Assembly: GCA_963806395.1 (NCBI GenBank)
Contig: CAWDYI010000005.1
Coordinates: 242,288 to 306,287 of the forward strand
DNA: 64,000 nt
Origin: an uncultured Solirubrobacteraceae bacterium
GTDB lineage: Bacteria > Actinomycetota > Thermoleophilia > Solirubrobacterales > Solirubrobacteraceae
Reading direction: 5' to 3'
Part shown: in pieces, positions 28,508-38,004 of the stretch
Layout of the letters: each line of letters begins with the position of its first letter
How positions within the stretch are numbered: position 1 is the first letter of the stretch
Made by a program: the position numbers and the translations under genes
The notes under the pieces: model-generated
The model's input: only the letters and a program-made list of their open reading frames with translations
Database searches by the model: none
Told to the model about the DNA's origin: nothing

Positions 28508-30061
28508 CTACCAGGTGTCGACGAAGCCGCGGCGGCTCGCCGGCGGCTCCGCGACTGCGGCCGCGGCGAGCGTCGCGGTGACCAGCCCGCGCGTCTCGGC
28601 GGGGTCGATCACGTCGTCGAGCTCGAACAGCGCCGCGGCGTTGAGCGCCCTGGCGTTCTCCTGCGCCGCAGCGGTCAGCTCACGCACCCGCAGCTCGCGC
28701 TCGGCCTCGTCGTCGATCGCCTCGAGCTCCCGCCGCAGGCCGAGCCTGACGGCGCCCTCGAGCCCCATCGGGCCGAGCTCGGCGCCGGGCCAGGCGACCG
28801 TCAGCAGCGGCTCGTGCAGGCTGCCGGCGACCATCGCCTGGGCGCCGAGCCCGTAGCCGCGCCGGAGGATCACCGCGACCAGCGGGACGCGCAACGCGGC
28901 GCCCGTCACGAGCAGGCGCGAGCAGTGCCGGACCAGTCCGGTCGCCTCGGCGTCGGGGCCGACCATCATCCCCGGCGTGTCGACGAGCGACACGAGCGGG
29001 ATCCCGAAGGCGTCGCAGAGCTGCATGAAGCGCGCGGCCTTGTCGGCCCCGTCGCTCGTGATCGCGCCGGCGAGATGCCGCGTGTCGTTGGCGATCACGC
29101 CGACCGGGCGGCCCTCGATCCGCCCGAGCGCGGTCACCATCCCGGGCGCGAAGCGATCGCGCAGGAACGTCACCGACCCGGCGTCGGCGAGCGTCTCGAT
29201 CACCGGCCGGACGTCGTAGGCGCGCCGCCCGCGCTCGGGCACGAGATCGCGCATCCGGTCCTGATCCGGCTGCTCGCCGGCCGGTGTCGCGCCCTGGAAG
29301 TACGCGAGCAGCCGCTTGGTGACCGCCGTCGCCTCGGCCTCGTCGCGCGCCGTGACGTCGATCACCCCGTTGCCCGCCTGCATCTCGAGCGGCCCGATGT
29401 CGTCCGGCGCCACCTTCCCCAGCCCGCCGCCCTCGATCATCGCGGGGCCGCCCATGCCGAGCGAGACGTTCTCGGTCGCGACGATCAGGTCCGAGCAGCC
29501 GGCGATCACCGCGTTGCCGGCGAAGCAGCGGCCGGCGACCACGGCGATCCGCGGCACGTGCCCCGACAGCCGTGCCCACAGCGCGAAGGCGCGCGTGTCG
29601 AGCGCGGAGACCACCGGGTAGTCCGTATCGCCCGGCCGGCCGCCCCCGCCCTCCGCGAAGAAGACAGTGGGCAGCCTCATCCGCTCGATCAGCTCGAACA
29701 GACGGTCCTTCTTGCGATGGCCGAGCATGCCCTGAGTACCGGCGAGCACGGTGTAGTCGTACGACAGGACGGCACAGGCGCTGCGATCGCCGAACAGCTC
29801 GCCGTTGATGCGAGCGGTGCCGGCGATCAGGCCGTCCGCCGGCGTACGCTCGATCAGCTCACGCAGCTCCCGCCGCCCGCGCTGGGCGGCGATCGCCAGC
29901 CGCCCGTACTCGACGAAGCTCCCGGGATCCACCAGGTCGGCGACGTTCTCGCGCGCCGTCCGGGCGCCGGTCGCGTGGCGACGGTCGACCGCCTCCGCTC
30001 GCGCCTCGTCGAGCGTCGCCGCGCGCCGTGCGAGCAGCTCCGCCAGGTCGTCCCGGGCCAC
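28508..30061 (-). CDS. acyl-CoA carboxylase carboxyltransferase (beta) subunit
   Basis: 517 aa. Supporting segments: ARENVADLVDPGSFVEYG, SYDYTVLAGTQG, FAEGGGGRPGD, GGPAMIEGGGLG and VDTPGMMVGPDAE. Confidence 0.88.
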   Translation of the reverse strand: MARDDLAELLARRAATLDEARAEAVDRRHATGARTARENVADLVDPGSFVEYGRLAIAAQRGRRELRELIERTPADGLIAGTARINGELFGDRSACAVLSYDYTVLAGTQGMLGHRKKDRLFELIERMRLPTVFFAEGGGGRPGDTDYPVVSALDTRAFALWARLSGHVPRIAVVAGRCFAGNAVIAGCSDLIVATENVSLGMGGPAMIEGGGLGKVAPDDIGPLEMQAGNGVIDVTARDEAEATAVTKRLLAYFQGATPAGEQPDQDRMRDLVPERGRRAYDVRPVIETLADAGSVTFLRDRFAPGMVTALGRIEGRPVGVIANDTRHLAGAITSDGADKAARFMQLCDAFGIPLVSLVDTPGMMVGPDAEATGLVRHCSRLLVTGAALRVPLVAVILRRGYGLGAQAMVAGSLHEPLLTVAWPGAELGPMGLEGAVRLGLRRELEAIDDEAERELRVRELTAAAQENARALNAAALFELDDVIDPAETRGLVTATLAAAAVAEPPASRRGFVDTW

Positions 30062-30104
30062 GCGCGGAAGCCTCGCACACGTGGCCCGGTCCGGCGCTCC
30101 GGCG

Positions 30105-31499
30105 TCAGCCTGACGGCTCGATGTTCTGGTTGATGCGGAACAGGTTGTCGGGGTCGTAGGTCGCCTTCAGGCGGGCGAGGCGGTCGTAGTTGTCGCGGTA
30201 GCTCGCGCGCACCCGCTCCTGGCCTTCGTCCATCATCATGTTCACGTAGGCGCCGCCGGCCGAGTAGGGGTGCAGCGCGTCGCAGTAGTCGACGCTCCAC
30301 TTGCGGATCTGCGCGACGTTGGCGGGGTCGGGGTCGACGCCGGCGTAGACGGTGGCCCAGCGCGCGTCGCGGTAGCTCCAGGCGGTGTCGGAGGCGTTCA
30401 CGTCGTGCGCGGCGCCGTCGATCGGGTACAGGTGCATCGTCGACTGCCAGGTCGGCAACTGCGCGCCGAAGCGGGCGTGCGCCTGGACGGCTTCGTCGGG
30501 GATGTCTTTGACGAAGTCGGCGCGCCAGTACCACTGCTGGCCGGGCGGGTAGACGCCGTCGAACGCGCTCTGCAGCGTCGCGTGCGGCATCGCCGCCGGT
30601 CCGTGCAACAGCGGCTCGGGCAGCGCGTCGAGCATCGGCGCGATCGCCTCCGCCGCGTCCTCCTCGGTGCCGAGGTAGCACCAGACGACGCCGCACACGG
30701 TGCGCAGGTGCAGTTCCTCGGGGAACGGCGGTCCGGGCGGCACGCCCAGGACGGCGAAGAAGCCGTTCAGCTCACGCGGCGCGTTCGGTAGGAAGTCGCG
30801 GTACACCGACAGCACCTCGGCGGTCTGCTCGATCGGCCACAGCGTCGGGCCGGCGACGACGGTCCCGACCTCGTGCAGGCGAAACAAAAACGAGGTGACG
30901 ACGCCGAAGTTGCCGCCGCCGCCGCGGATCGCCCAGTACAGGTCCGGATGCTCGTCAGCGCTCGCGCGCACACGGTCACCGTTGGCGAGCACCATCTCGG
31001 CCTCGAGCAGATTGTCGATCGCGAGCCCGAACTTGCGCGTCAGATGCCCGATCCCGCCGCCGAGCGTGAGCCCGCCGACACCGGTCGTCGAGATGATCCC
31101 GCTCGGCGTCGCCAGCCCATGCTCACCGGTCGCCAGATCGACCTCACCCCACGTACAGCCGCCACCGACGCGCACCGTGCGCGCCTGCGGATCGACCTCG
31201 ATCGCGCGCAGCAGCGACAGATCGACCACGACACCGTCATCGACCGTGCCCAGACCGGCGCCGTTGTGACCGCCGCCACGGATGGCCAGCGGCAGGTCGT
31301 GGGCGCGCGCGAAGCGGACGACGTTCGCCACGTCCTCGGAGTCGGCGCACCGCGCGATCAGCGCAGGTCGCCGGTCGATCATCGCGTTGTAGACCTTGCG
31401 CGCCTCGTCGTACTCGGCGTCGTCGCGGTCGATCAGCCGGCCGCGGAAGCCGGAGAGCTCGGCGCGCGCGGTATGCGCCGATGTGCTCAAAGAACTCAT
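30105..31499 (-). CDS. FAD-linked oxidase (PCMH FAD-binding domain + BBE-like C-terminus)
   Basis: 464 aa from ATG 31499, inside track ORF 30105..31997. Supporting segments: PALIARCADSEDVANVVRFARAHDLPLAIRGGGHNGAG, TTGVGGLTLGGGIGHL, AIRGGGGNFGVVT, YVNMMMDEG and YDPDNLFRINQNI. Confidence 0.88.
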   Translation of the reverse strand: MSSLSTSAHTARAELSGFRGRLIDRDDAEYDEARKVYNAMIDRRPALIARCADSEDVANVVRFARAHDLPLAIRGGGHNGAGLGTVDDGVVVDLSLLRAIEVDPQARTVRVGGGCTWGEVDLATGEHGLATPSGIISTTGVGGLTLGGGIGHLTRKFGLAIDNLLEAEMVLANGDRVRASADEHPDLYWAIRGGGGNFGVVTSFLFRLHEVGTVVAGPTLWPIEQTAEVLSVYRDFLPNAPRELNGFFAVLGVPPGPPFPEELHLRTVCGVVWCYLGTEEDAAEAIAPMLDALPEPLLHGPAAMPHATLQSAFDGVYPPGQQWYWRADFVKDIPDEAVQAHARFGAQLPTWQSTMHLYPIDGAAHDVNASDTAWSYRDARWATVYAGVDPDPANVAQIRKWSVDYCDALHPYSAGGAYVNMMMDEGQERVRASYRDNYDRLARLKATYDPDNLFRINQNIEPSG

Positions 31500-31656
31500 G
31501 GATGCTCCTTGTGTTGCTGCGGGGAAAGCACTCACCCCGCTAGACGCCGTGGCGGCCGATTCATTCCCCGGCTCCTGAGACGAGTGCCCACCCGGGGCGC
31601 GAGAACCAGGTGCCCCCCTGAGGCGATGGCCGCCTGGCGCCCGTACGTTCGCTCGT

Positions 31657-32160
31657 ATGCCGCGAGCCCACGACCACACATCGCTCGATCCGAACGCGCT
31701 CCCCGAGCACATGCACCGCCTGCACCGGGTCGCGGGCTCCCTGTGCGGATCCACGCACGACGCGGAGGACCTCGTCCAGGAGACGTTCGCGCGCGTGCTC
31801 GCGCGCCCGCGCACGGTGCGCCGGACCGAGACGCTGCCGTACCTGCTGCGGGCGTTGCGCAACACGCACCTGACGGGCGTGCGGGACGCCGGCCGCCGGC
31901 CCCGTACCGTCGAGCTGCCCAGCGACGACAACTCGGCGCTTCGGTCCTCGTTCGCGCTGCCCGAGGTGGCGCTGGAGCACCGGGAGGTGCTCGACACGGT
32001 CGCGGGCCTGCCCGATCCGTTCCGCCGCGCGCTCGTCGCCGTCGACGTCGCCGGCCTCTCCTACCGCCAGGCGGCGCACGCGCTCGGCTCGCGCGACGCG
32101 ACGATCGCGACTCGCGTGTTCCGCGCGCATCAACGCGTCCGGCAGGCGGTCGAGGCGTAG
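31657..32160 (+). CDS. ECF-type RNA polymerase sigma-70 family factor
   Basis: 167 aa. Region 2: DAEDLVQETFARVLARP. Region 4: LPDPFRRALVAVDVAGLSYRQAAHALGSRDATIATRVFRAHQRV. No anti-sigma gene follows. Confidence 0.8.
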   Translation: MPRAHDHTSLDPNALPEHMHRLHRVAGSLCGSTHDAEDLVQETFARVLARPRTVRRTETLPYLLRALRNTHLTGVRDAGRRPRTVELPSDDNSALRSSFALPEVALEHREVLDTVAGLPDPFRRALVAVDVAGLSYRQAAHALGSRDATIATRVFRAHQRVRQAVEA

Positions 32161-32232
32161 CGTGCAGCCGGTCGCTCGAAGCCGGCGGGCCTCACATCGC
32201 GAGTGCCTCGCGCGAGACGATCCCCCGCTCGC

Positions 32233-32691
32233 TCACAGCGCCGCGTCGAGCTCCGCGAGCAGCGCGCGAAGCTGACGCAGCTTCGCCTCGCCGAGCCGCT
32301 CGGTGAGCCGTTCGTCGACCTCGGCCATCAGCTCGCGGGCGACGGCGAAGACGTCGCGGCCGCGATCCGTGGCGCGGACGAGCTTCGCGCGGCGGTCGCC
32401 GGGGTCGGGCACGCGCTCCACGTACCCGTGCGCCTCGAGATGGGCGACGAGCTGCGCCATCGCCTGCTTGCTCACCTGCGCGCGCGTGGCGAGCACGCCG
32501 ACCCGCGTCCCGTCGTCGTCGAGGAACTGGAACACGTCGCCGTGGGGCGAGCGCACGTCGGGATGCCCGCGCGCGACCAGCCGCTGCATCAGCTCCTCGG
32601 TCATCGCCCGGAACGGCTCCCTGAGGAGGATCGCCAGGTTCTCCGGGTCGCGCCGGGCGGAGGTGTGAGGGAGACGGGTTGATTTAGACAA
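32233..32691 (-). CDS. MarR family transcriptional regulator
   Basis: 152 aa. The winged helix is VGVLATRAQVSKQAMAQLVAHLEAHGYVERVPDPGDRRAKLVRATDRG. The only available start is TTG 32691. Confidence 0.85.
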   Translation of the reverse strand: MSKSTRLPHTSARRDPENLAILLREPFRAMTEELMQRLVARGHPDVRSPHGDVFQFLDDDGTRVGVLATRAQVSKQAMAQLVAHLEAHGYVERVPDPGDRRAKLVRATDRGRDVFAVARELMAEVDERLTERLGEAKLRQLRALLAELDAAL

Positions 32692-32703
32692 GGTGCTTGT
32701 CTA
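32685..32703. promoter_or_regulatory. perfect 8-3-8 palindrome, candidate MarR operator
   Basis: TAGACAAG-GTG-CTTGTCTA lies between and overlaps the divergent MarR and cupin starts. Confidence 0.55.
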
Positions 32704-32714
32704 TTCTATCGGTC

Positions 32715-33143
32715 ATGTCCAAACTCCGAATCGGCACCGATGAGATCACGTTCCACGTAACGAGCGCGCAGACCGGCGGCGAGCTGCTCGCGGTCGACGT
32801 ACGGATTCCGGCAGGCGGCGGTCCGCCGGCCCTCCACCGCCACGCGGCGATGGAGATCTACCGCATCGACAGCGGCGAGCTGACGATCTACCTCGAGGAC
32901 GACGCGGGCGACATCGCCCGCGTGCCGGCGCCGCCGGGCGCCGTCGTCCACATCCCCGGCGGTCGCGCGCACACGGTGCGCAACGAATCCGGCGCCGACG
33001 CGCTCGCCTACGTCGTCTTCGCGCCCGGGACGGAGTTCGAGCGCTTCGCCCGGGCCGCGGCGGCGCTCGACGCGCCCGGCCCGGAGGACGTGCTGGCGCT
33101 CGCCGAACGACACGGCATCGAGATGCTGAGCACCGTCGCGTAG
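32715..33143 (+). CDS. cupin domain protein
   Basis: 142 aa from ATG 32715 (track ORF starts at TTG 32697). Supporting segments: PPALHRHAAMEIYRIDSGELTIYLED ... VVHIPGGRAHTVRNES. Confidence 0.75.
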   Translation: MSKLRIGTDEITFHVTSAQTGGELLAVDVRIPAGGGPPALHRHAAMEIYRIDSGELTIYLEDDAGDIARVPAPPGAVVHIPGGRAHTVRNESGADALAYVVFAPGTEFERFARAAAALDAPGPEDVLALAERHGIEMLSTVA

Positions 33144-33157
33144 CCGGCGCTCGCGGT

Positions 33158-33457
33158 TCAGCGCGTCGTGCGGTGCACGACGCGCACCGCGACCCGGGCG
33201 GGACGTGAGGGTGCGGCGAGCGAGAGGAAGTCGCGGACCGACGCGGTGTGATCGCAGTACGGGCACCCGAGCGGGTCCGCGGGGGAGAGATGCGGCGTGG
33301 TGAGGGCGACGGGCGCATCGCACAGCGGGCAGGCGAGCGTGCCGACACCCAGCAGCGACGATCGCGCTGTGCGGCGGATCTCCTGTTCCCCGGCCAGTCC
33401 CCGGATCGGGCCCGACGCGATCGGGTCGGAGCCGTCGATGCCGCGTTGGAAGCTCAC
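33158..33457 (-). CDS. small zinc-ribbon-like hypothetical protein
   Basis: 99 aa with two CxxC pairs (CPLCDAP ... CPYCDH). GC3 is acceptable. Confidence 0.4.
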   Translation of the reverse strand: MSFQRGIDGSDPIASGPIRGLAGEQEIRRTARSSLLGVGTLACPLCDAPVALTTPHLSPADPLGCPYCDHTASVRDFLSLAAPSRPARVAVRVVHRTTR

Positions 33458-33480
33458 TGGGACCAGTCTAGGCTCCCGGC

Positions 33481-33969
33481 ATGGTGATCCGGGAGGCGAC
33501 CGCCGCCGACTGGGCTGCGATCTGGCCCTTCTGGCACGAGATCGTGGCCGCCGGCGAGACGTTCAGCTACGACCGCGACGTGAGCGAGACGCAGGCGCGC
33601 GAGATGTGGATGTGCGAGCCTCCGGGGCGCACGGTGGTCGCGGTCGAGAACGGCGGGACCGTGCTCGGGACGGCGAACATGTATCGCAACCACGGGGGCC
33701 CGGGATCGCACATCGCGAGCGCGAGCTTCATGGTCGATCCCGCCCATGCGGGCCGCGGCGCCGGCCGGGCGCTGGGCGAGGACGCGCTGGACTGGGCACG
33801 CGCGGAGGGCTTCCGCGGAATGCAGTTCAACGCGGTCGTCGAGACCAACGTTCGTGCGGTCGGGCTGTGGTGCTCGCTCGGGTTCGAGGTGCTCGCGACG
33901 CTGCCCGAGGGGTTCAACCACCCCGCGCACGGCTACGTCGGGCTGCACATCATGTACCGCCGGCTCTGA
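33481..33969 (+). CDS. GNAT family N-acetyltransferase
   Basis: 162 aa. FMVDPAHAGRGAGRALGEDALDWARAEGFRGMQFNAVVETNVRAVGLWCSLGFEV. Confidence 0.82.
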   Translation: MVIREATAADWAAIWPFWHEIVAAGETFSYDRDVSETQAREMWMCEPPGRTVVAVENGGTVLGTANMYRNHGGPGSHIASASFMVDPAHAGRGAGRALGEDALDWARAEGFRGMQFNAVVETNVRAVGLWCSLGFEVLATLPEGFNHPAHGYVGLHIMYRRL

Positions 33970-33976
33970 CCCGGCC

Positions 33977-36883
33977 TCATTGGCAGGACTCGCACTCACC
34001 GGCCTCCAGCGAGCAGACGGCGGCCGCCGGCGCCGCCACGGTCGCCTTCTCGATCGACGACGCGCCCAGCGTGCGCAGGTAGTAGGTCGTCTTCAGCCCC
34101 GCGTGCCACGCGCGCCGGTACATGTGGCTCATCGCCTTCATGTCCGGCGCCGCCAGGAACAGGTTCAGCGACTGCGACTGGTCGATCCACTTCTGCCGCC
34201 GGGCGGCCGCGTCGATCAGCCGCTCGGGCGGGATCTGGAAGGCGGTGCGGTAGCGCTCGCGGATCTCGTCCGGCACCTCCGGGATCTCCGTCAGGTCGCC
34301 CTCGAAGTACTTCAGCCGCGACGCGAGGTCGCGCGACCACAGGCCGGCCGCCTTCAGGTCGCGCACGAGGAACGGGTTCAGCAGGACGAAGTCGCCGGAC
34401 AGGTTCGACTTCGCGAACAGGTTCTTGTACATCGGCTCGATGCAGGGCGACGTGCCCATGATGTTCGCGATCGTCGCGGTCGGCGCGATCGCGATCACGT
34501 TCGAGTTGCGCATCCCCTGCGCCGCGATCTTCGCGCGCAGCGGCTCCCAGTCGAGCACGCCGCCCCGCGGCACCTGGACCGGCTCGCCGCGCTCCTCCTC
34601 GAGCAGCTCCAGCGTGTCCTGCGGCAGCAGCCCGCGATCCCACTTGGAGCCTTCGAACGACGCGTACGTGCCCCGCTCCGCGGCGAGGTCGCTCGACGCC
34701 TCGTACGCGTAGTACGCGACCGCCTCGACCAGCTCGTCGCCGAACGCCGCCGCCTCGTCGGACGCGAACGGCGTCCCGCGGCGGTAGAGGGCGTACTGGA
34801 GTCCCATCACGCCGAGGCCGACGGGGCGGTGCCGCAGGTTCGCGGTCCGCGCCGGCTCGGTCGGGTAGTAGTTGACGTCGATCACGTCGTCGAGCGCGCG
34901 CACCGCCACGCGCACCGTCGCGCGCAGGGCGTCGTGGTCGATCTCGCCGTCCGGCGTCAGGTGCCGGTCGAGCACGATCGAGCCGAGGTTGCAGACCGCC
35001 GTCTCCTCGGCGCTCGTGTTCAGCGTGATCTCCGTGCAGAGGTTGCTCGAGTGGATCACGCCCGCGTGATCCTGCGGGCTGCGGACGTTGCACGGATCCT
35101 TGAACGTGACCCACGGGTGCCCGGTCTCGAACAGCAGCCGCAGCATCTGCTTCCACAGGTCGAGCGCGGGGATCCGCTCGCCGAAGATCTCGCCCGCCTC
35201 CGCGCGACGCTCGTACTCCTCGTAGCGCTCGTCGAACGCGCGGCCGTACAGCTCGTGCAGGTCGGGCACCTGCGAGGAGCGGAGCAGGGTCCACTCCGCG
35301 CGCGCCTCGACGCGCTTCATGAACAGGTCGGGGATCCAGCACGCCGTGTTCATGTCGTGCGTGCGGCGACGCTCGTCGCCGGTGCCGCGGCGCAGCTCGA
35401 GGAACTCGCGGATGTCGTTGTGCCAGACCTCCAGGTACGCGCAGCCGGAGCCGGCGCGGCGGCCGCCCTGGTTGACGGCCACGAGCTGGTCGTTGTGGAG
35501 CTTGAGGAACGGCACCACGCCCTGGCTCGCGCCGTTGGTCCCCGCGATGTGCGAGCCGGTGCCGCGCACCGCGGTCCACGACCCGCCGAGCCCGCCCGCC
35601 CACTTCGAGCACTGCGCGTTGTCGGCGATCCCACGCCCCATGATCGACTCGAGCGTGTCGTCGACGACGTAGAGGTAGCAGGACGAGAGCTGGGAGTGGG
35701 GGGTGCCGGCGTTGAACAGCGTCGGCGTGGAGGAGCAGAACCGGCGCTCCTTGTACGCGGCGTAGAGGTCGAGCACGCGCGTCTCGCGATCCGACCGCTC
35801 GGCCAGGCACACACCCATCGCGGCGCGCATCCAGAACAGCTGCGGCGCCTCGATCCGGCGCGTCTCGGCACCGGTCTTGTCGCAGATCAGGTAGCGGTCG
35901 TAGAGCGTCTGGATGCCGAGGAAGTCGAAGTCCAGGTCGGCGGTCGGATCGAGCGCGGCCGCGAGCGTCTCGAGGTCGTAGTCGAGCAGCCGCTCGTCCA
36001 CACGGCCGATCGCGACGCCGTGGGAGAGCATCGGCCGCAGTGCCCGCCGGTGCGCGGCGGCGAGCCCGGCGATCCCGTCGCGCACGACGTCCCAGCCGAG
36101 CGTCTCCTCGTAGAGGTACGTGAGCAGGATCCGCCCGGCGAAGCGCATGTACTCGGAGTCGCGCTCCACGAGCGCCTTCGCGTTCAGCACGACGAGCTGC
36201 CGCGCGTCCTCGCCCGGTCGCAGCGCACGGCTCAGCTCGCGCTCGAGCTCGTCCGCCGAGGCGTCGAGCGAGAGCCCGATCGACGCGAACTCGATCCGCG
36301 CGCGCAGCTCCTCGGCGATGTCGCCGGCCCGCAGCGCGGCGCGCTCGGCGCGGTAGAGGATGTAGCGCTCGGCGGCGCGCATGTGGCCGCCGAGGACGAG
36401 CTCCTCCTGCACGAGATCTTGCACCGTCTCGATCGGCACGTACGCCACACCGAGCGCATGGGCGCGCTCGTCGACGCGGTCGGCGACGACCTCGGCCGGC
36501 GACGGGTCGGCGCCCAGCGAGAGGAAGCTCTTGCGGATCGCCGCCTCGATCTTCGTCGCGTTCCAGCGCACGACCTGTCCGCAGCGGCGGATCAGTCGCG
36601 GCGAGCCGAGCACCGGCGGTCCGTCGGGCAGCAGGACCGTGCGGCGCAGGACGAGCGCCTTGGCGACCTCGAAGTGGCCGCCCGCGATCAGCGCCGCCTC
36701 GACCCCCTGTGCGCTGTGCACGGTCACGTCGACCTCGTCGACCGGCCCGCCGCGCGCGGCGGCGAGCGTGGCCACCGCGTCGGCGACCAGCGCGGCGGGG
36801 TCGCCCACGGGCAGCGGACCGCGGGCGAGCGCGGCGCGCTTGAGCTCGGCGTCGAAGACGATCTCCTCGCGATTGACGAGCAT
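33977..36883 (-). CDS. nrdA: class I ribonucleotide reductase, alpha (large) subunit
   Basis: 968 aa from ATG 36883 (track ORF 33977..38254 reads through). ATP-cone: VVRWNATKIEAAIRKSF ... IETVQDLVQEELV ... YILYRAERA. Other segments: STPTLFNAGT, SSCYL, SSNLCTEI, GLGVMG, and the C-terminal redox pair CESCQ. Confidence 0.92.
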   Translation of the reverse strand: MLVNREEIVFDAELKRAALARGPLPVGDPAALVADAVATLAAARGGPVDEVDVTVHSAQGVEAALIAGGHFEVAKALVLRRTVLLPDGPPVLGSPRLIRRCGQVVRWNATKIEAAIRKSFLSLGADPSPAEVVADRVDERAHALGVAYVPIETVQDLVQEELVLGGHMRAAERYILYRAERAALRAGDIAEELRARIEFASIGLSLDASADELERELSRALRPGEDARQLVVLNAKALVERDSEYMRFAGRILLTYLYEETLGWDVVRDGIAGLAAAHRRALRPMLSHGVAIGRVDERLLDYDLETLAAALDPTADLDFDFLGIQTLYDRYLICDKTGAETRRIEAPQLFWMRAAMGVCLAERSDRETRVLDLYAAYKERRFCSSTPTLFNAGTPHSQLSSCYLYVVDDTLESIMGRGIADNAQCSKWAGGLGGSWTAVRGTGSHIAGTNGASQGVVPFLKLHNDQLVAVNQGGRRAGSGCAYLEVWHNDIREFLELRRGTGDERRRTHDMNTACWIPDLFMKRVEARAEWTLLRSSQVPDLHELYGRAFDERYEEYERRAEAGEIFGERIPALDLWKQMLRLLFETGHPWVTFKDPCNVRSPQDHAGVIHSSNLCTEITLNTSAEETAVCNLGSIVLDRHLTPDGEIDHDALRATVRVAVRALDDVIDVNYYPTEPARTANLRHRPVGLGVMGLQYALYRRGTPFASDEAAAFGDELVEAVAYYAYEASSDLAAERGTYASFEGSKWDRGLLPQDTLELLEEERGEPVQVPRGGVLDWEPLRAKIAAQGMRNSNVIAIAPTATIANIMGTSPCIEPMYKNLFAKSNLSGDFVLLNPFLVRDLKAAGLWSRDLASRLKYFEGDLTEIPEVPDEIRERYRTAFQIPPERLIDAAARRQKWIDQSQSLNLFLAAPDMKAMSHMYRRAWHAGLKTTYYLRTLGASSIEKATVAAPAAAVCSLEAGECESCQ

Positions 36884-36885
36884 GG

Positions 36886-37971
36886 CTAGAGCTCCTCGTC
36901 CGCGACCAGCGCCAGGGCCGACGCCTGCTGGTACTCGGTCACGCGGCCCTCGAAGAAGTTCTGCTCGCGCCGCACGTCCATCAGCTCCGCGAGCCACGGC
37001 AGCGGGTTCTCGACGCCGGCCTTGAGCGGTTCGAGGCCGGCCGCATCCAGACGGCGGTCGGCGATGTAGTCGATGTACTGCGCGAAGTCCTCGCGCGAGA
37101 GGCCGACGCCCTCGACCGGCAGGCAGTCGTCGATGAACGCCTGCTCGAGCGCGACCGCCTCGCGCATCAGCTCGCGCAGCTCCTCGCGGAAGCTCGCCGT
37201 CCACAGCTCCGGGGTCTCCGCGACGAGCTCCGCCAGCAGTCGCCGGAACAGCTCGATGTGGTTGGACTCGTCCCGCAGCGTGTAGCGGAACATCGTCCCG
37301 ATGCCCGGCAGCTTGCCCTGCCGGTAGAGCGACAGGATCATCCCGAACAGGCCGTAGAACTGCGTGCCCTCCATGCACTGGCCGAACACGAACACGTTGC
37401 GGGCGAGCAGCCGTCTGGACTCGAGGTCGGCCATGTCGAGGTCGCGCCGCAGCGCCTGCGACACGCCGGTCACGAACTCGTTCTTGGCGACGATCGTCGG
37501 GATCCCGTCGAACATCGCCTCGCACTCGTGCGGGTCGATCCCCAGCGAGGAGATCATGTACAGCAGCGAGTCGGCGTGGATGTTCTCCTCGTGTGCGTGG
37601 CGGCCGAGCACGAGCTTGAGCTCGGACGCCGTGACCAATTCGCGCACGACGCCCGCGACGTTGTCGCCGACGATGCCCTCGGCGGCCGAGAAGTAGCCGA
37701 TGCCCATCCGGACGATCCAGCGGTCGATGTCGGTCAGCGCGGTCGCGCTGCTCCACTGCTCGACGTCGCGCTGCATCGGCACGTCCTCCGGCTCCCAGTG
37801 GTTCGCCTTCATCGTGCGGTACAGGTCGTACGCCCAGCGGTAGCGCAGCGGCAGCAGGTTGAACGTCATCGTCTGCCGGCCGCCGACCACCCGCTTCGCC
37901 GCGAGTGCCGCCTCCGCCTTCGCCCGATCGAGCACGAAGGTGCGCGGGCCGATCGTGTAGGTCTTCTGCAT
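36886..37971 (-). CDS. nrdB: class I ribonucleotide reductase, beta (small) subunit, possibly class Ic-like
   Basis: 361 aa from ATG 37971, 6 nt after GAAGGA (the track ORF starts at GTG 37998). Ferritin-like ligand blocks: SAAEGIVG, HEENIHADSLLY, CMEGTQFY and RDESNHIE. The C-terminus is acidic (ADEEL). Confidence 0.9.
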   Translation of the reverse strand: MQKTYTIGPRTFVLDRAKAEAALAAKRVVGGRQTMTFNLLPLRYRWAYDLYRTMKANHWEPEDVPMQRDVEQWSSATALTDIDRWIVRMGIGYFSAAEGIVGDNVAGVVRELVTASELKLVLGRHAHEENIHADSLLYMISSLGIDPHECEAMFDGIPTIVAKNEFVTGVSQALRRDLDMADLESRRLLARNVFVFGQCMEGTQFYGLFGMILSLYRQGKLPGIGTMFRYTLRDESNHIELFRRLLAELVAETPELWTASFREELRELMREAVALEQAFIDDCLPVEGVGLSREDFAQYIDYIADRRLDAAGLEPLKAGVENPLPWLAELMDVRREQNFFEGRVTEYQQASALALVADEEL

Positions 37972-38004
37972 TGCTGGTCCTTCGCTCGAGGACGACACAA
38001 CGCG

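Noticed and set aside
33746-36889. 1047-aa plus-strand ORF
   Set aside because: It lies antisense to the ribonucleotide reductase alpha gene. The product is Arg/Ala/Gly-rich low-complexity sequence with poor third-position bias, which marks it as a GC-driven shadow ORF.
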